Shown here one piece after another: positions 10,106 to 20,207 of a DNA stretch of 64,000 bases. This DNA comes from a virus. The notes below the pieces were generated by a model, which saw nothing but the letters and a program-made list of their open reading frames with translations, did no database searches and had not been told where the DNA came from. The position numbers and the translations under genes are program-made. Each line of letters begins with the position of its first letter. Positions within the stretch are counted from its first letter, which is position 1. The DNA lies in IMG/VR virus record IMGVR_UViG_3300037461_000951, positions 32,001-96,000 of that record, one strand, 5' to 3'.

Positions 10106-10990
10106 TCACTTTCCGGCTAATCGTTCTTCAAGCCGGTCCCACAGTTCTTTCATTGACAATGAACTCATATTCTTAAAAACTTCCAATTGTCCCAAGCCAA
10201 ATGCGAACATGACTTCATCGACATTTTCTTCGAATGTTCCCTCTAACCATTCACGCACATTCTTACTATCCAGTGCGTCCATACAAACTTCTTTATTTAA
10301 ATTCATGGCACATGACCACACTTCATCATGCGCTTGTTCGGCCAATGCCCAAGCGGGTTTGGGTAAACGCCCTTTTTTCAACTCTTTGTCAATGACTTGT
10401 TCACGACCTTCAGTTTGAACTCGTTGTACGAGTTCCTTTTGTTTTTCAGTAGATCCTTTGGATTTTCTGACAATCGTGTTGGCATCTGAAGCGGAAATTA
10501 TTTTTTCCTCTACGGCCTTTTTCAGTGTTTCATCAGCCCTGAGTAATGCCAATTTGTCACTGACATGACTGACACTCTTGCCGACTCGTTGGGCGATTTG
10601 TTCATTATTCATTTTGAACTCATCACGCAACCGAGCGTACAAAGTGGCTTCTTCAAACGGTGCAAACGGTTCACTGTCATTGCTGACCATCATTTCAACG
10701 AGAACATCTGCTTCGTTTTTGTGATCAACTTTGACCGCAGGAATTTGTACAACTAATTCTTTAGTATCGTACAAATACTGACACGCCGCTAAGCGTCGAT
10801 GACCATCCACCAATTCATAACCTTCATCACCCATTTGAATTTTAATGGGATTACGCACACCATTTTCTTCAATAGACTCTGCTAACTGTTCAATATTGAG
10901 CAACGTCATTCGTGGATTACGACCTTCAACAACAACTACTTCATGAGGTTTTACTAATATAATTTCAAAATGGCTCATTGGATTCTCCAA
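10106..10990 (-). CDS. Second ParB/Srx-family protein with HTH
   Basis: RNPR, GVRNPI, LVDGHRRLAA, PFEEA, EQIAQRVGKSVSHVS. Confidence 0.85.
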   Translation of the reverse strand: MENPMSHFEIILVKPHEVVVVEGRNPRMTLLNIEQLAESIEENGVRNPIKIQMGDEGYELVDGHRRLAACQYLYDTKELVVQIPAVKVDHKNEADVLVEMMVSNDSEPFAPFEEATLYARLRDEFKMNNEQIAQRVGKSVSHVSDKLALLRADETLKKAVEEKIISASDANTIVRKSKGSTEKQKELVQRVQTEGREQVIDKELKKGRLPKPAWALAEQAHDEVWSCAMNLNKEVCMDALDSKNVREWLEGTFEENVDEVMFAFGLGQLEVFKNMSSLSMKELWDRLEERLAGK

Positions 10991-11283
10991 ATAACAACGT
11001 GTGGGATAGTGTTTTAGCGAAAACGATTATACATTATATCAAATATAAATGCTACTATTATTTATGAAAGTGCACTTTCATGAAAAATCCAGTGTTCTAA
11101 AGCATGAACACGTTCATAAAACTCTTCAAATTTGAAGGTTGCTTCAATGTTGGCACCTGCTACATAACCTTCTTCTGCTCCAAAATATTCAAGAACAGCT
11201 TTAAGCTGTCCAATGGCTTCACGACACATGGCGCGTTGAATACAAACCCTTTCTCTATAAAACATGTAAACTCCTTAATTAAA

Positions 11284-11688
11284 TTAATGTTTTTCTTCCC
11301 GTTTAAATAATTGACTTAAATTCTTTTTAGCTTTTTGGATACATACTTTGTCTAATACTGAAATAAATTGGCCTGACAAATCTACACGATTATACCCTTT
11401 GGACATGTTTTTTAAATACTTTTTAGAATTGGTGTGTAAGTGCAATGCGCTGTTAATGACTCTTTTTGGGATGTCAGGAAATACCGTAGACAGTTCTTTA
11501 TCTACCCCAATCATTAAAGGTTGATTTTTTTGAAACACATTAAAGTGTTTTCGTAAATGAGTTAAAAATTCTTTAGCTCGTTGAATGTGGTTGGGCTTTG
11601 GAATCTTTTTAATTTCAACACTGACTTTATGAATAGTTTTATTTGAAGATTTTTTAATTTTTTTATACGGCATTTTAAATCTCCACAA
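11284..11688 (-). CDS. ProQ/FinO-family RNA chaperone
   Basis: PLMIGVDKEL...ALHLHTNSKKYLKNMSKGYNRVDLSG matches the FinO-domain pattern PLKIGI...Y..S..YL.....G..R.DL.G. Confidence 0.8.
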   Translation of the reverse strand: MWRFKMPYKKIKKSSNKTIHKVSVEIKKIPKPNHIQRAKEFLTHLRKHFNVFQKNQPLMIGVDKELSTVFPDIPKRVINSALHLHTNSKKYLKNMSKGYNRVDLSGQFISVLDKVCIQKAKKNLSQLFKREEKH

Positions 11689-13106
11689 GCAGAGCCTGTT
11701 TTACTGTCTGGATGATACTAGAATCTGTTTTATACAACAGATACAATAACCAGCCACAAGCACCTAACCAAAGTGCAATAATAAATATCCGAAATTTAAA
11801 TTCCAGTGCGGGCAATTCATAAAACAGTACTGCGGTAATTAGCAGCAATGTTAAAGTATCTTTTAATGGTATCCACATTTTAAAACATGTCTTTGGTAGG
11901 TTGTTTTCTCAATCCTTTAATGAGTCGATTTTCCATGGTTGTTAATTTTGTACCTATTAAATAATGAAATCTAAATTGTTTTCGATAAATAATTAATTTA
12001 ACAGAATCACCATGCCAACCGGCTTGGATAGATTCAAATGTCGAAAACTCATCGGGATTCCATAACAGTTCAAGCTCATCTCCAAAAAACAATTGTCCAA
12101 CGATACTTTGCCAAACCCAATCTACACAACTATTGGCAATGGTAAGTTGACATTCCGCATTAGTCACAATTAAAGAATCGTCCAAAAACATAATGGCAGA
12201 TGCTACATAAATTTCCCACGTTTTAAATTCTTCTGGAGCAATTTGTTTGGCACATAAGATTCGTGCGATGTTTTGTTTACCGTGAATATACACCAAAGAA
12301 ATAACAATATGATCTGCTTGTTTTAATGCAATAATATCATTCTGTGTCAATGTTTTTAATGTCATTGCTTAATTTCCAAATGTGATCAGAATATGTTAAA
12401 AGAGTATTCCAACACTCTTGATGTATAAAATATTTAACAATCTGTTGATTGAGTTCAATAGCTTTTTTTGGATCACGAAGCTCTATCACAAATTCGGGAA
12501 CATGTCTTAAATCTTCAAAGTAATATAAAGATTTACCGCAGCAAAAACAAAAAATAGGTCTTGTTGTTGTCGATAACATCACTAATCTCTCATAGGAAAT
12601 ATGTTAGCAGCAGCAAGATCACTCATTATACTGTTCAATTTTTCATGGTACGTAGATAATTTTTTATTATAAAAATCTAATTCATCTTTAGTAGCTGGTC
12701 GTATTTCTACAGTATGACCTTTATCTAAAGCAATTTGCACTTTTCCCCAATCACTTCTTTCACCATTTTCAGTATAAATACACGACATTTTTGTATTACT
12801 GTCTCTATAAAAATGATTGCCAATATAAACCAGTTTCATTTAACGTCTCCGAATCGTTTTAGGAATTTCAACAACATCTTGAACTGGATTAGTGGCTTTA
12901 TCAACAGCATCTTGAATTCTTTTTATTTTGTAATCTAAACAAATATGAACAGCTCTTAGTTTTTCTAAATTATTAGAAGTGTGCCAGTTTTCAATAATGA
13001 CTTCTAAGTGTTCGGTGGGAACATGCTTTAAAGGAATGTTAGAATATTTTCCTTGATCGAAATAATGTTGTCCATCATCGCTTTTATGAATCATGCGGAC
13101 TCTCCA

Positions 13107-13358
13107 TTATTCAATACTTTCTGGTTGTGGTGGTAATTCTGCCCAATGGGTGTCATCTCCTGTTAAATAGCCTCGCACTGGTAACGCAGCGTGTTTTCCA
13201 TCATCAACACACCATGATCCACCACCTTCCCAATTATCTATTATCCACATTACGGATTTCCATCCAATATGTTTAAAGTAAACAAGAATTTCACGCCCAT
13301 CTTTTGGTGCATTTTTAATTGACTGTATTTCTAGTTGAAAATTTTTGTTATGAATCAT
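13107..13358 (-). CDS. DUF551-like small phage protein
   Basis: IKNAPKDGREILV...THWAELPPQP. Confidence 0.6.
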   Translation of the reverse strand: MIHNKNFQLEIQSIKNAPKDGREILVYFKHIGWKSVMWIIDNWEGGGSWCVDDGKHAALPVRGYLTGDDTHWAELPPQPESIE

Positions 13359-13708
13359 GCAGACTCTCCAAGAAAATGGGTATAAACTCTTAATCCACGT
13401 TCTTTAGCGACGTTAATCATGTGTAAAGTTCCTCGACTCTCTCCATCCCATAAAGCAATTAAAGCATCTCCATAAGTTGCCATTTCTGAGTTACGTCTAA
13501 ATCCTGCGGACTTGCCAAACTTGTCCCAATTGGCTCGCATGATCGTTAATGGAATGTGGTGTTGTTGCGCATAAGTGATTGCCAGAGTATCAACTCCTTT
13601 TGCGCCACCGGATACAATTTCGGTAATGGGAATCTGACTCTCTGCAATGGCTTTTTCCAAGCATTGAAAATCAGTAATGGTTCTCGAACCGGCAATAATG
13701 GTTTTCAT
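13355..13708 (-). CDS. SLOG/YspA-like (DUF2493-type) protein
   Basis: IIAGSR, IVSGGAKGVD, GKSAGFRRN, WDGESRGT. Confidence 0.85.
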   Translation of the reverse strand: MKTIIAGSRTITDFQCLEKAIAESQIPITEIVSGGAKGVDTLAITYAQQHHIPLTIMRANWDKFGKSAGFRRNSEMATYGDALIALWDGESRGTLHMINVAKERGLRVYTHFLGESA

Positions 13709-14064
13709 AAATTAATTCTCATACGAGCTTCTCGCAATGCTTTTTGTTGTAAAATCTTTCGATTCCATTCTAATTGATCTTGTACGTTAGACGCATGAAT
13801 AATCATTTCATCAGCAGGTTTTTTGTGCTTTAATTCAAAAGATGTTTTGTTGGTCACTTTATACTGTAAATTTTCATAAACAACTAAACCTTTTTCTCTC
13901 AGCGCACGTAAAGCCGAAGCTAAAGAAGATTTTTTAACATCTTTTAAAATGTTTAAAATATCTTGAGCCGTTCCCGATTGGAGTTGTTTAACAGCGTGAT
14001 ATACCTTCAGTTGAAATTCAGATAATTTAACTAACGGTTGTTCATACACATTCGTTCGTGACAT
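13705..14064 (-). CDS. Winged-helix DNA-binding protein
   Basis: TAQDIL...KSSLASALRALREKGLV. Confidence 0.55.
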   Translation of the reverse strand: MSRTNVYEQPLVKLSEFQLKVYHAVKQLQSGTAQDILNILKDVKKSSLASALRALREKGLVVYENLQYKVTNKTSFELKHKKPADEMIIHASNVQDQLEWNRKILQQKALREARMRINL

Positions 14065-14187
14065 GTTATTTTACACCTTTATAATAAATAAAACCCAAAC
14101 ACTGTTTGGGTTTTAAATAATAACACACTGTCATGCTGGTGTCAATGTCGATCTTTCAATATCGATATAACCCACATGACATCTTTA

Positions 14188-15498
14188 TCAAGATAAAGAT
14201 TCTGATGCTTGAATCCACTGAACTAAAGCTTCAGAAAATCCCGTTAAGCGAATCCATGGGCCATAGCCCACACTGTTTTGGTATGACGCCACATTCACCA
14301 TGTAACCTAAATTTTTAGGTGAAGGAACGGGATCGTGTGATTCTTCATCAGTCATCACAATTAAACGATCATACGGTTCTTTATTCATTATTTGAACTGC
14401 ACGACCTAAAAGTGTATTACCATGATGAGTGGCACAAATGGCATCTCGTAATGCCATGCCTTGCCGTGGTGGCATTCGAATCACATCACTGGAAAATGTA
14501 AATACAGCACATTCTTCAGCAAGAGCATTGACTAAAATCGCTAATCCAGCCGCCGCATCCAAACGATCTAATTCTGATTTTTGGGAAATTTTAGTTCCCA
14601 CCATGGAGCCACTGACATCTACCAATACAATAGTTTTACCCGGTAATTTGGGTAACATACTGACGGACAATTGCATAGCTAAATCTAAAGTCTTTTCCAA
14701 TTCCACGGCATGTCGTGCCGCCGCAATGAATCGAAACGGTAAAGCTTTAGAGAATTTAGCACCTGACAACAAGACATCATGAATTAAATCAACATCCACT
14801 TGAGCTTGTAGCATGTTACGAAGATTTCGTAACAATGCCAAGTAACCCAATTTTTTCTCTTTCAGCAATCGAGTGAATGTTTCTTTTTTATCCACACCGG
14901 CAGATAATGCAACTTCCCATGTATCGGGAGTTTTCAGTTCCCCATCACGGAGACGTTTCCATAATGCAGATTGAATTTCATTGACGGGTTTGGGATGAAC
15001 CAGTCGCATCACATCTAACAGTTTAATACTTTTATCACGATTGTATTTTGCCAGAGCGTATTCATCAAACTTATGAAACGCTCGCTGTAAGCCGTACTTC
15101 ACCTGTTTAGATAAAGGTTGTTTTTTATCAGCCCAATACAGCGATAAAAATTCAGCCAATTCATCGGCACGTTGTACTGTGTTGAAGATAGTATCACCTA
15201 CCAAACGTCCAGATGCTTTGGGATGACGACACAGCTCTCGTGCTAACAACAATGAAGCGTGACGAATCCGGTACTGTGTTCTGGCTTCAATAGCTAAAGC
15301 AGCTACATCTTTCGGATCACACTTGACAACTAATTCTTTAATACGAGTTGCAATATCTTGACCGGATTCATAAAATTGATCTTCCCACAATAAACACGCC
15401 AATACAGCACGACGTAATTCTTTTATGGGAGTTAATGGAATAGCAGGAGCACCTTCATGAGTGAAGGTGGTGCATTTAGCTTTGGTATTGAGTTGCAT
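14188..15498 (-). CDS. rsr: Ro60/Rsr-like TROVE-domain RNA-binding protein with vWA domain
   Basis: FDEYALAKY, LVHPKP, TWEVALS, YLALLRNLRN, LPFRF, and vWA MIDAS VDVSGSM...MTDE. Confidence 0.92.
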   Translation of the reverse strand: MQLNTKAKCTTFTHEGAPAIPLTPIKELRRAVLACLLWEDQFYESGQDIATRIKELVVKCDPKDVAALAIEARTQYRIRHASLLLARELCRHPKASGRLVGDTIFNTVQRADELAEFLSLYWADKKQPLSKQVKYGLQRAFHKFDEYALAKYNRDKSIKLLDVMRLVHPKPVNEIQSALWKRLRDGELKTPDTWEVALSAGVDKKETFTRLLKEKKLGYLALLRNLRNMLQAQVDVDLIHDVLLSGAKFSKALPFRFIAAARHAVELEKTLDLAMQLSVSMLPKLPGKTIVLVDVSGSMVGTKISQKSELDRLDAAAGLAILVNALAEECAVFTFSSDVIRMPPRQGMALRDAICATHHGNTLLGRAVQIMNKEPYDRLIVMTDEESHDPVPSPKNLGYMVNVASYQNSVGYGPWIRLTGFSEALVQWIQASESLS

Positions 15499-15545
15499 TA
15501 CAAGACCTCACATGAATCACAACATGTAAGGACAAACAGTGAAAG

Positions 15546-15675
15546 TTCGGGAAACAAGCGAAAACAGTAACGTAGGCGCTCTACCGACTGAGCTACATTC
15601 ACCGAAATGAATGACCAGACTCGAACTGGCGACATCCCGCTTAAATGGCGAAGTAACTGTTCTCTACACCACGAA
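15546..15675 (-). ncRNA. Y RNA (YrlA-type) with circularly permuted tRNA-like domain, copy A
   Basis: Minus strand: GUGGUGUAG..ACAGUUACUUC, T-arm GCCAG-UUCGAGU-CUGGU, loop-closed acceptor-like stem CAUUCA/UGAAUG, D-arm UAGCUCAGUCGGUAGAGC, 3' ACUGUU..GCUUGUUUCCCGAA. Directly upstream of the Ro60 gene. Confidence 0.85.
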
Positions 15676-15686
15676 AATCGTGTTTG

Positions 15687-15811
15687 TCCGGGAAACAAGC
15701 GTTAACGGTACAAAACTCGCGCTCTACCAACTGAGCTACACACTTTGCAGTGTGACCAGATTTGAACTGGTGACATCGAGTTCCAGAAGTAACCGTTAAC
15801 TACACCACAGA
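15687..15811 (-). ncRNA. Y RNA (YrlA-type) with circularly permuted tRNA-like domain, copy B
   Basis: Same 5' motif; T-arm ACCAG-UUCAAAU-CUGGU, CACAC/GUGUG stem, D-arm UAGCUCAGUUGGUAGAGC. Outer stem GUUAACGGU/ACCGUUAAC shows compensatory changes relative to copy A. Confidence 0.85.
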
Positions 15812-15818
15812 AAAACTA

Positions 15819-15895
15819 TTGGGGGAAAAGTTAATTACAGTGTAATCGAGGTCGCTTGCAAAGCAAATGAAGTAACTGTAATCTACACCACCCAA
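15819..15895 (-). ncRNA. Short Y RNA-like gene, copy C (no tRNA-like domain)
   Basis: GUGGUGUAG-AUUACAGU-UACUUC...ACUGUAAU, with terminal UUGGG/CCCAA stem. Confidence 0.7.
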
Positions 15896-15905
15896 AATCA
15901 AATCG

Positions 15906-15965
15906 TCCGGGGAACTGGCGTTAACAGTATCTTTTAGCCGAAGTAACTGTTAACTACACCACGGA
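15906..15965 (-). ncRNA. Minimal Y RNA-like gene, copy D (~60 nt)
   Basis: UCCGUGGUGUAG-UUAACAGU-UACUUC...ACUGUUAAC...CGGA. Confidence 0.7.
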
Positions 15966-15971
15966 TAAGCC

Positions 15972-16000
15972 AGTTTACTACTTATCAAGTACCCCGTCAA
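15972..16000 (-). promoter_or_regulatory. Sigma70-type promoter for the Y RNA-Ro60 operon
   Basis: Minus strand TTGACG-17 nt-TAAACT; predicted start ~15965 coincides with the 5' end of copy D. Confidence 0.7.
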
Positions 16001-16023
16001 GTGTTTGTTGGGGTGCGTGTTGG

Positions 16024-16320
16024 TTATACCTTAGTAAATATTGCTGGTTTTTCAGCAGCACCTTGTTTACCTTCTGCTTGAATTCCAAAATTATAATTTG
16101 GACGTTCCATAACAGGCGTATCATCCAACACATTAATTCTGGACACATCAAACCACAGTTGTTCCAGTAGTTTGTTATCTTTATCGGTACCTGGATGGAC
16201 AAGAACTTGTATACATCCATAAAGATCAAAACAAATCGAAGTAACAATACCTTCAAAATTGGTTACTTTTTCAGTAACTCTTTTACCCAGTAAATCAAAA
16301 TGTTTTTGAATGTTAATCAT
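16024..16320 (-). CDS. Conserved small phage protein
   Basis: LGKRVTEKVTNFEGIVT...LYGC.QVLVHP...WFDVSR, a recurrent phage hypothetical pattern. Confidence 0.55.
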   Translation of the reverse strand: MINIQKHFDLLGKRVTEKVTNFEGIVTSICFDLYGCIQVLVHPGTDKDNKLLEQLWFDVSRINVLDDTPVMERPNYNFGIQAEGKQGAAEKPAIFTKV

Positions 16321-17652
16321 ATCAGCACATCTCCGTAATTAGTCACATGTGAATTTCTGTTTCAATTCATTGTTCGTTCATGGTTATACCTAACTATATT
16401 GTTCAAAAATTATTATATGATTTAAAGAATGAATATTGTTTGGGCTGTAAAGGTTGAACATAACCATATCATTTAGTTCTTTGAATCAATGCAAAATTAA
16501 AGATGTCCAAACAACTGGCTAAGTAATGGGCCAGTATAAAATCTGGAGTATTGCTCCGATTTTCTTCGGAATAAATATTAATTAGTTTGGTTAATTCTTT
16601 TTCAAAGGTTTCCATGAGTATTTTCCAATTGATCATTGTCAGTGCAAAGAACAAGTACTTGATATTTTATATTATCGTTATTAGTAACGAGTAGATCACA
16701 TAATTCATCTGTAAATTTCGGTGCTAAAATTTTATTCAAAGCTTCTAACAATTCAGTGAACGCTTTACGGTTGCCAACAATTTTAGCAATGTCATAAGGA
16801 TGTTGCTGTGGATAAAGCATTAAATAAGATTCTTTATCTCGTTTAAAGGTTTCCATTTTCAATCACCTTTAGTAAATTAAGAGCTGAACATTTTAATATT
16901 AAATGAAAATAACCATTCTTATTGACTTTTACAATTTCACAATCTAACCAACGAATATTTTCATTATTTGCTGAGTATTTGAATAATAGCTCATCATGGA
17001 GATGTCCGAATTTTCGAATATAATAATATTCCATGTGACCTACATACAAAACTAAATCCGGTTCTTGTTGTATTTTTTCAATATAACTTGCTTTTGTTTT
17101 TAAAATTTCATTTGCAAAATTATTAAGTATCTCAATATCTCGAGAACAATCACGTTTTTTCATGATTATTTCTCATATTGTTAGATGTATGAATAACAAC
17201 CATCCATGCGAACCATGCAGTCGTAAAAGCAAACCATACTGCCACCCAAGACCAATAAAAGTCTTTTTCATTAAAAGCGTTTAAAAAGATTAAAAACGCA
17301 ACAATAGTATGTACCCAAGCAATTAATTTATGTTTCATAACAAGTTTCCAATTATTTTGGAGGATTCCATTTACGAGGGGCTGGATTAAATGAAGGATGT
17401 TTTTGTATGATGACTCTTTCTTGATAAATGTAGTTTCGATAATGATCACGATAATTGTGTTTATCTTTATGATAATGAAATCTATCATACTCTTTATGAC
17501 ACGAATCTCTTTTACAATCTCTATCGGCATAAACACTATGGGACATTAAAAGAGTTAACAACAATAATAGTTTTGGGTATTTCATAGTTAAGTTTCCATA
17601 ATTTTTTCAATTTGAGAGTACAGTTTACGACATTATACCTTTTATTTTACAT

Positions 17653-19101
17653 TTAAAGTTCATCAACAACATCTTTCACAGTTCGATAATGACCGGATTC
17701 TTTACTTTTCATTTTAGTTTTTAATCTTTTTAAAGCTACGTTACGTTGCTCTTTTATTTTTTGTTCTAGTGTTTTTAATTTATGATTGGCTTCTTCCAAT
17801 AAAGTATCTTCAGCAGAAGAAAGTCTTTGTTTAGTTTTCAAATCTTCTTTAAACCAATCAAGATATAATATAAGAATTCTTTTTTGTTCCATAAATGGTA
17901 ATAAATTAAAAGATTCTTTAGCAATATCTTTAGTTAATAGAAGTTGTAATTCTGATACATTTGTAAATTCTTTTATTAAATCTTCAAAAATTTGTTCAAA
18001 TGTTTTTGTCAATTCTTCTTTATTTTTAATATGTCCATATATTATTAAATCTCTGTTATTTTCATCAATTGCATCTTCTTTACGTTTAAAATAAACAACA
18101 CAATCTTGTGCTGTTTTTGAATACAAAGATATATGTATCCCTTTTCCAGTGCTGTGTGTGCCAGTTTGACCTTCAGGCCAGTGTCCAAATAAACAATCTA
18201 ATTTTGTTTTAACAGCGGGATTTTTTATAAAATTAATATATTCTCGATATTGCTGATATGAAATTTTATCAGCTTCATTGGGTACAAAATCTTTTGGTAA
18301 CATTCCTTGACATTTTAACCAGTTAATACTCCAATCACAATATAATCCCGTATCAAAAAATAACGAATGTAAGCATTGATTGACTTCTTTTTGGGTTAAA
18401 ACAAATCTTATTATGTTTTGCAACCAAGGTTGATCTATTGTGATCAATTTTGATAACAATGGACTAAAGTTTAAAGTCATATCACGCTTCCACAATTCTA
18501 AGAAAGATATTTGAAAATGAACTTCAATTAAGTAATTTTTATGTTCTTCTCCATAAGATTTTACTTCATTAAAAACAGAAATTAATAAAGAATTCCATTC
18601 AGATGTAGAAGAAGCACCTTGAAATTTGTAATTGGGCTTCAATATAAAACTAGCATCACGCATTTCTCGAAGTTTATCCAGCAACCATTCTTTTGATTTA
18701 TGAACATCACCTAAATCATTTAAAAGGTTTGCTGGTGAAAAAACACAACTGCGATACTCAAGACCATCTACGATAGTAGTATGTGTTCCATATTTTTCTG
18801 GTTGGGCGAGTAAAAGATCAATAATATTTCGATGAAGTGGCGTTAAACAACCTTGTCGTAATATGGACGTGCCATATTTGTTCATACGAACAATTGGCCT
18901 TTTCGTGGTAGCATAATGCTTATCGTCCGTTTTATTTACATGCGTAAATAACGGAATTCGATTTAACAGCATAGTTGTGTGTGGTAAATTTTTATAACCC
19001 GTATTTGGAATAATAAATGTTTTCTTGTTAAGCGAAACGCTTTTTTTAATTGTTTTAAGATTTAAAGTGAGTCTTTCAAGTGGTAATGGGTGTCGTTTCA
19101 T
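17653..19101 (-). CDS. Putative plasmid-type replication initiator (Rep/TrfA-like)
   Basis: Adjacent to the iteron array. LTPLHRNIIDLL and FSPANLLNDLG...WLLDKLREM resemble winged-helix Rep proteins. The assignment is largely contextual. Confidence 0.55.
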   Translation of the reverse strand: MKRHPLPLERLTLNLKTIKKSVSLNKKTFIIPNTGYKNLPHTTMLLNRIPLFTHVNKTDDKHYATTKRPIVRMNKYGTSILRQGCLTPLHRNIIDLLLAQPEKYGTHTTIVDGLEYRSCVFSPANLLNDLGDVHKSKEWLLDKLREMRDASFILKPNYKFQGASSTSEWNSLLISVFNEVKSYGEEHKNYLIEVHFQISFLELWKRDMTLNFSPLLSKLITIDQPWLQNIIRFVLTQKEVNQCLHSLFFDTGLYCDWSINWLKCQGMLPKDFVPNEADKISYQQYREYINFIKNPAVKTKLDCLFGHWPEGQTGTHSTGKGIHISLYSKTAQDCVVYFKRKEDAIDENNRDLIIYGHIKNKEELTKTFEQIFEDLIKEFTNVSELQLLLTKDIAKESFNLLPFMEQKRILILYLDWFKEDLKTKQRLSSAEDTLLEEANHKLKTLEQKIKEQRNVALKRLKTKMKSKESGHYRTVKDVVDEL

Positions 19102-19158
19102 ACTATACTACTCCGAATGACTCATTATATGTTATCCCAAAATTTAAGGACTGTCAAC

Positions 19159-19377
19159 ATGGCAATGTTGTACGAACGCGAACGTCATCTACAAGTCATC
19201 GTAAAAAGTGAAACAAAAAAGATTTTAAAACAATTAGCAGATGAACATAGTTGCACACTTTCCAAATTTGCAAATCAAGTTTTGGAAGAATATATTAATA
19301 AAAATTATCCACAATTAATAAATAAGAAACAACAAATTCTTCGTAAACCATTACCAAAATGTTTTGAAAATCTTTAA
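19159..19377 (+). CDS. Ribbon-helix-helix (CopG-like) regulator
   Basis: HLQVIVKSETKKILKQLADEHSCTLSKFANQVLEEYI; divergent from the Rep-like gene. Confidence 0.65.
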   Translation: MAMLYERERHLQVIVKSETKKILKQLADEHSCTLSKFANQVLEEYINKNYPQLINKKQQILRKPLPKCFENL

Positions 19378-19420
19378 ACTAATACTTGTGTTTGACAGAT
19401 TTTGATTAAATTTTGATGTG

Positions 19421-19689
19421 ATTATTCCCCCGATTGGTTGAGTAAGATATTAAATTATTCCCCCAATTGGTTGAGTGATTTTTTCGTTTTTAAACTGAAT
19501 TACAATCATTTAGCGAAAATTAAACCAATCGGGGGAATAATTGAAAAAAGTCAACCAATCGGGGGAATAATTTGAAGATTTTTTAATAAATTTCTTAAGC
19601 ATGACTCAACCAATCGGGGGAATAATGGTCAGATCTCTCAACCAATCGGGGGAATAATTTGCTAAAATTAAACCAATCGGGGGAATAAT
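19421..19689. repeat. Iteron array / putative replication origin: 7 copies of 19-bp AACCAATCGGGGGAATAAT
   Basis: Inverted copies start at 19421 and 19454 (the latter with one mismatch); direct copies at 19523, 19553, 19608, 19640 and 19671; AT-rich spacers. Confidence 0.85.
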
Positions 19690-20173
19690 TTGGAGATTTT
19701 TGACCATTTTTGAAGAGTTTTTGTGGGTTTCCCAAGTGTTTATTCAAGTCGTAACACTCCCAAGTGTTACGACGACTTGAAGTTTCAAAAAACGAAATTA
19801 TTAAAAATCCATCATCAACAGTCTGTCCATCGGACAGACAGCTAATGAGGAGTCTGAACGAACACAATAACTCCCTTCTTCGAAGGTCGTATTGGTTCGT
19901 CCCGACCTCTGATTCTCATTAGCTGGCTACACTCTTTTGGTTGGACTTCGATATGGAAACTGATACTGCATACTGTGAAAAACATCTTATAAAAATCCCA
20001 TGTTTCGCATTTTTTAATATTGCGCCGCAACCCACTCATGTAATCCGTCTCACAACCCACCAAATAGTCGATTGTAGCCATTTAAATGTTTCGGGAATGA
20101 CAACGTAGCGGGTCGTTATCAAAGTGGCTAAAATTGCCATTTTGGTGGCTTCCCTTCGATGTCGAAGTTTCGG

Positions 20174-20202
20174 TTGACAACGGGAGTGGTGGCGAGTATA
20201 GT
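20174..20202 (+). promoter_or_regulatory. Near-consensus sigma70 promoter
   Basis: TTGACA (20174-79), 17 nt, TATAGT (20197-202). Confidence 0.75.
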
Positions 20203-20207
20203 GAGGA

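Noticed and set aside
15498-15799. ORFs 15498..15698 (-) and 15611..15799 (+)
   Set aside because: They overlap the Y RNA genes and translate tRNA-like sequence; spurious.
15546-15811. Canonical tRNA genes (clear D- and T-arm sequences)
   Set aside because: On the minus strand the T-arm precedes the D-arm and the acceptor stem is loop-closed; there is no anticodon loop or CCA end. Interpreted as YrlA-type Y RNAs.
15546-15965. CRISPR-like repeat-spacer array
   Set aside because: The repeated parts are the two strands of an RNA stem with compensatory changes, not identical direct repeats.
19421-19689. CRISPR array
   Set aside because: Repeats are 19 bp, occur in both orientations and have mostly 11-14-nt irregular spacers; no cas genes. 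Fits iterons.
19595-19867. 90-aa ORF with repeated YSPDW
   Set aside because: The peptide repeat is just the iteron translation; probably non-coding.
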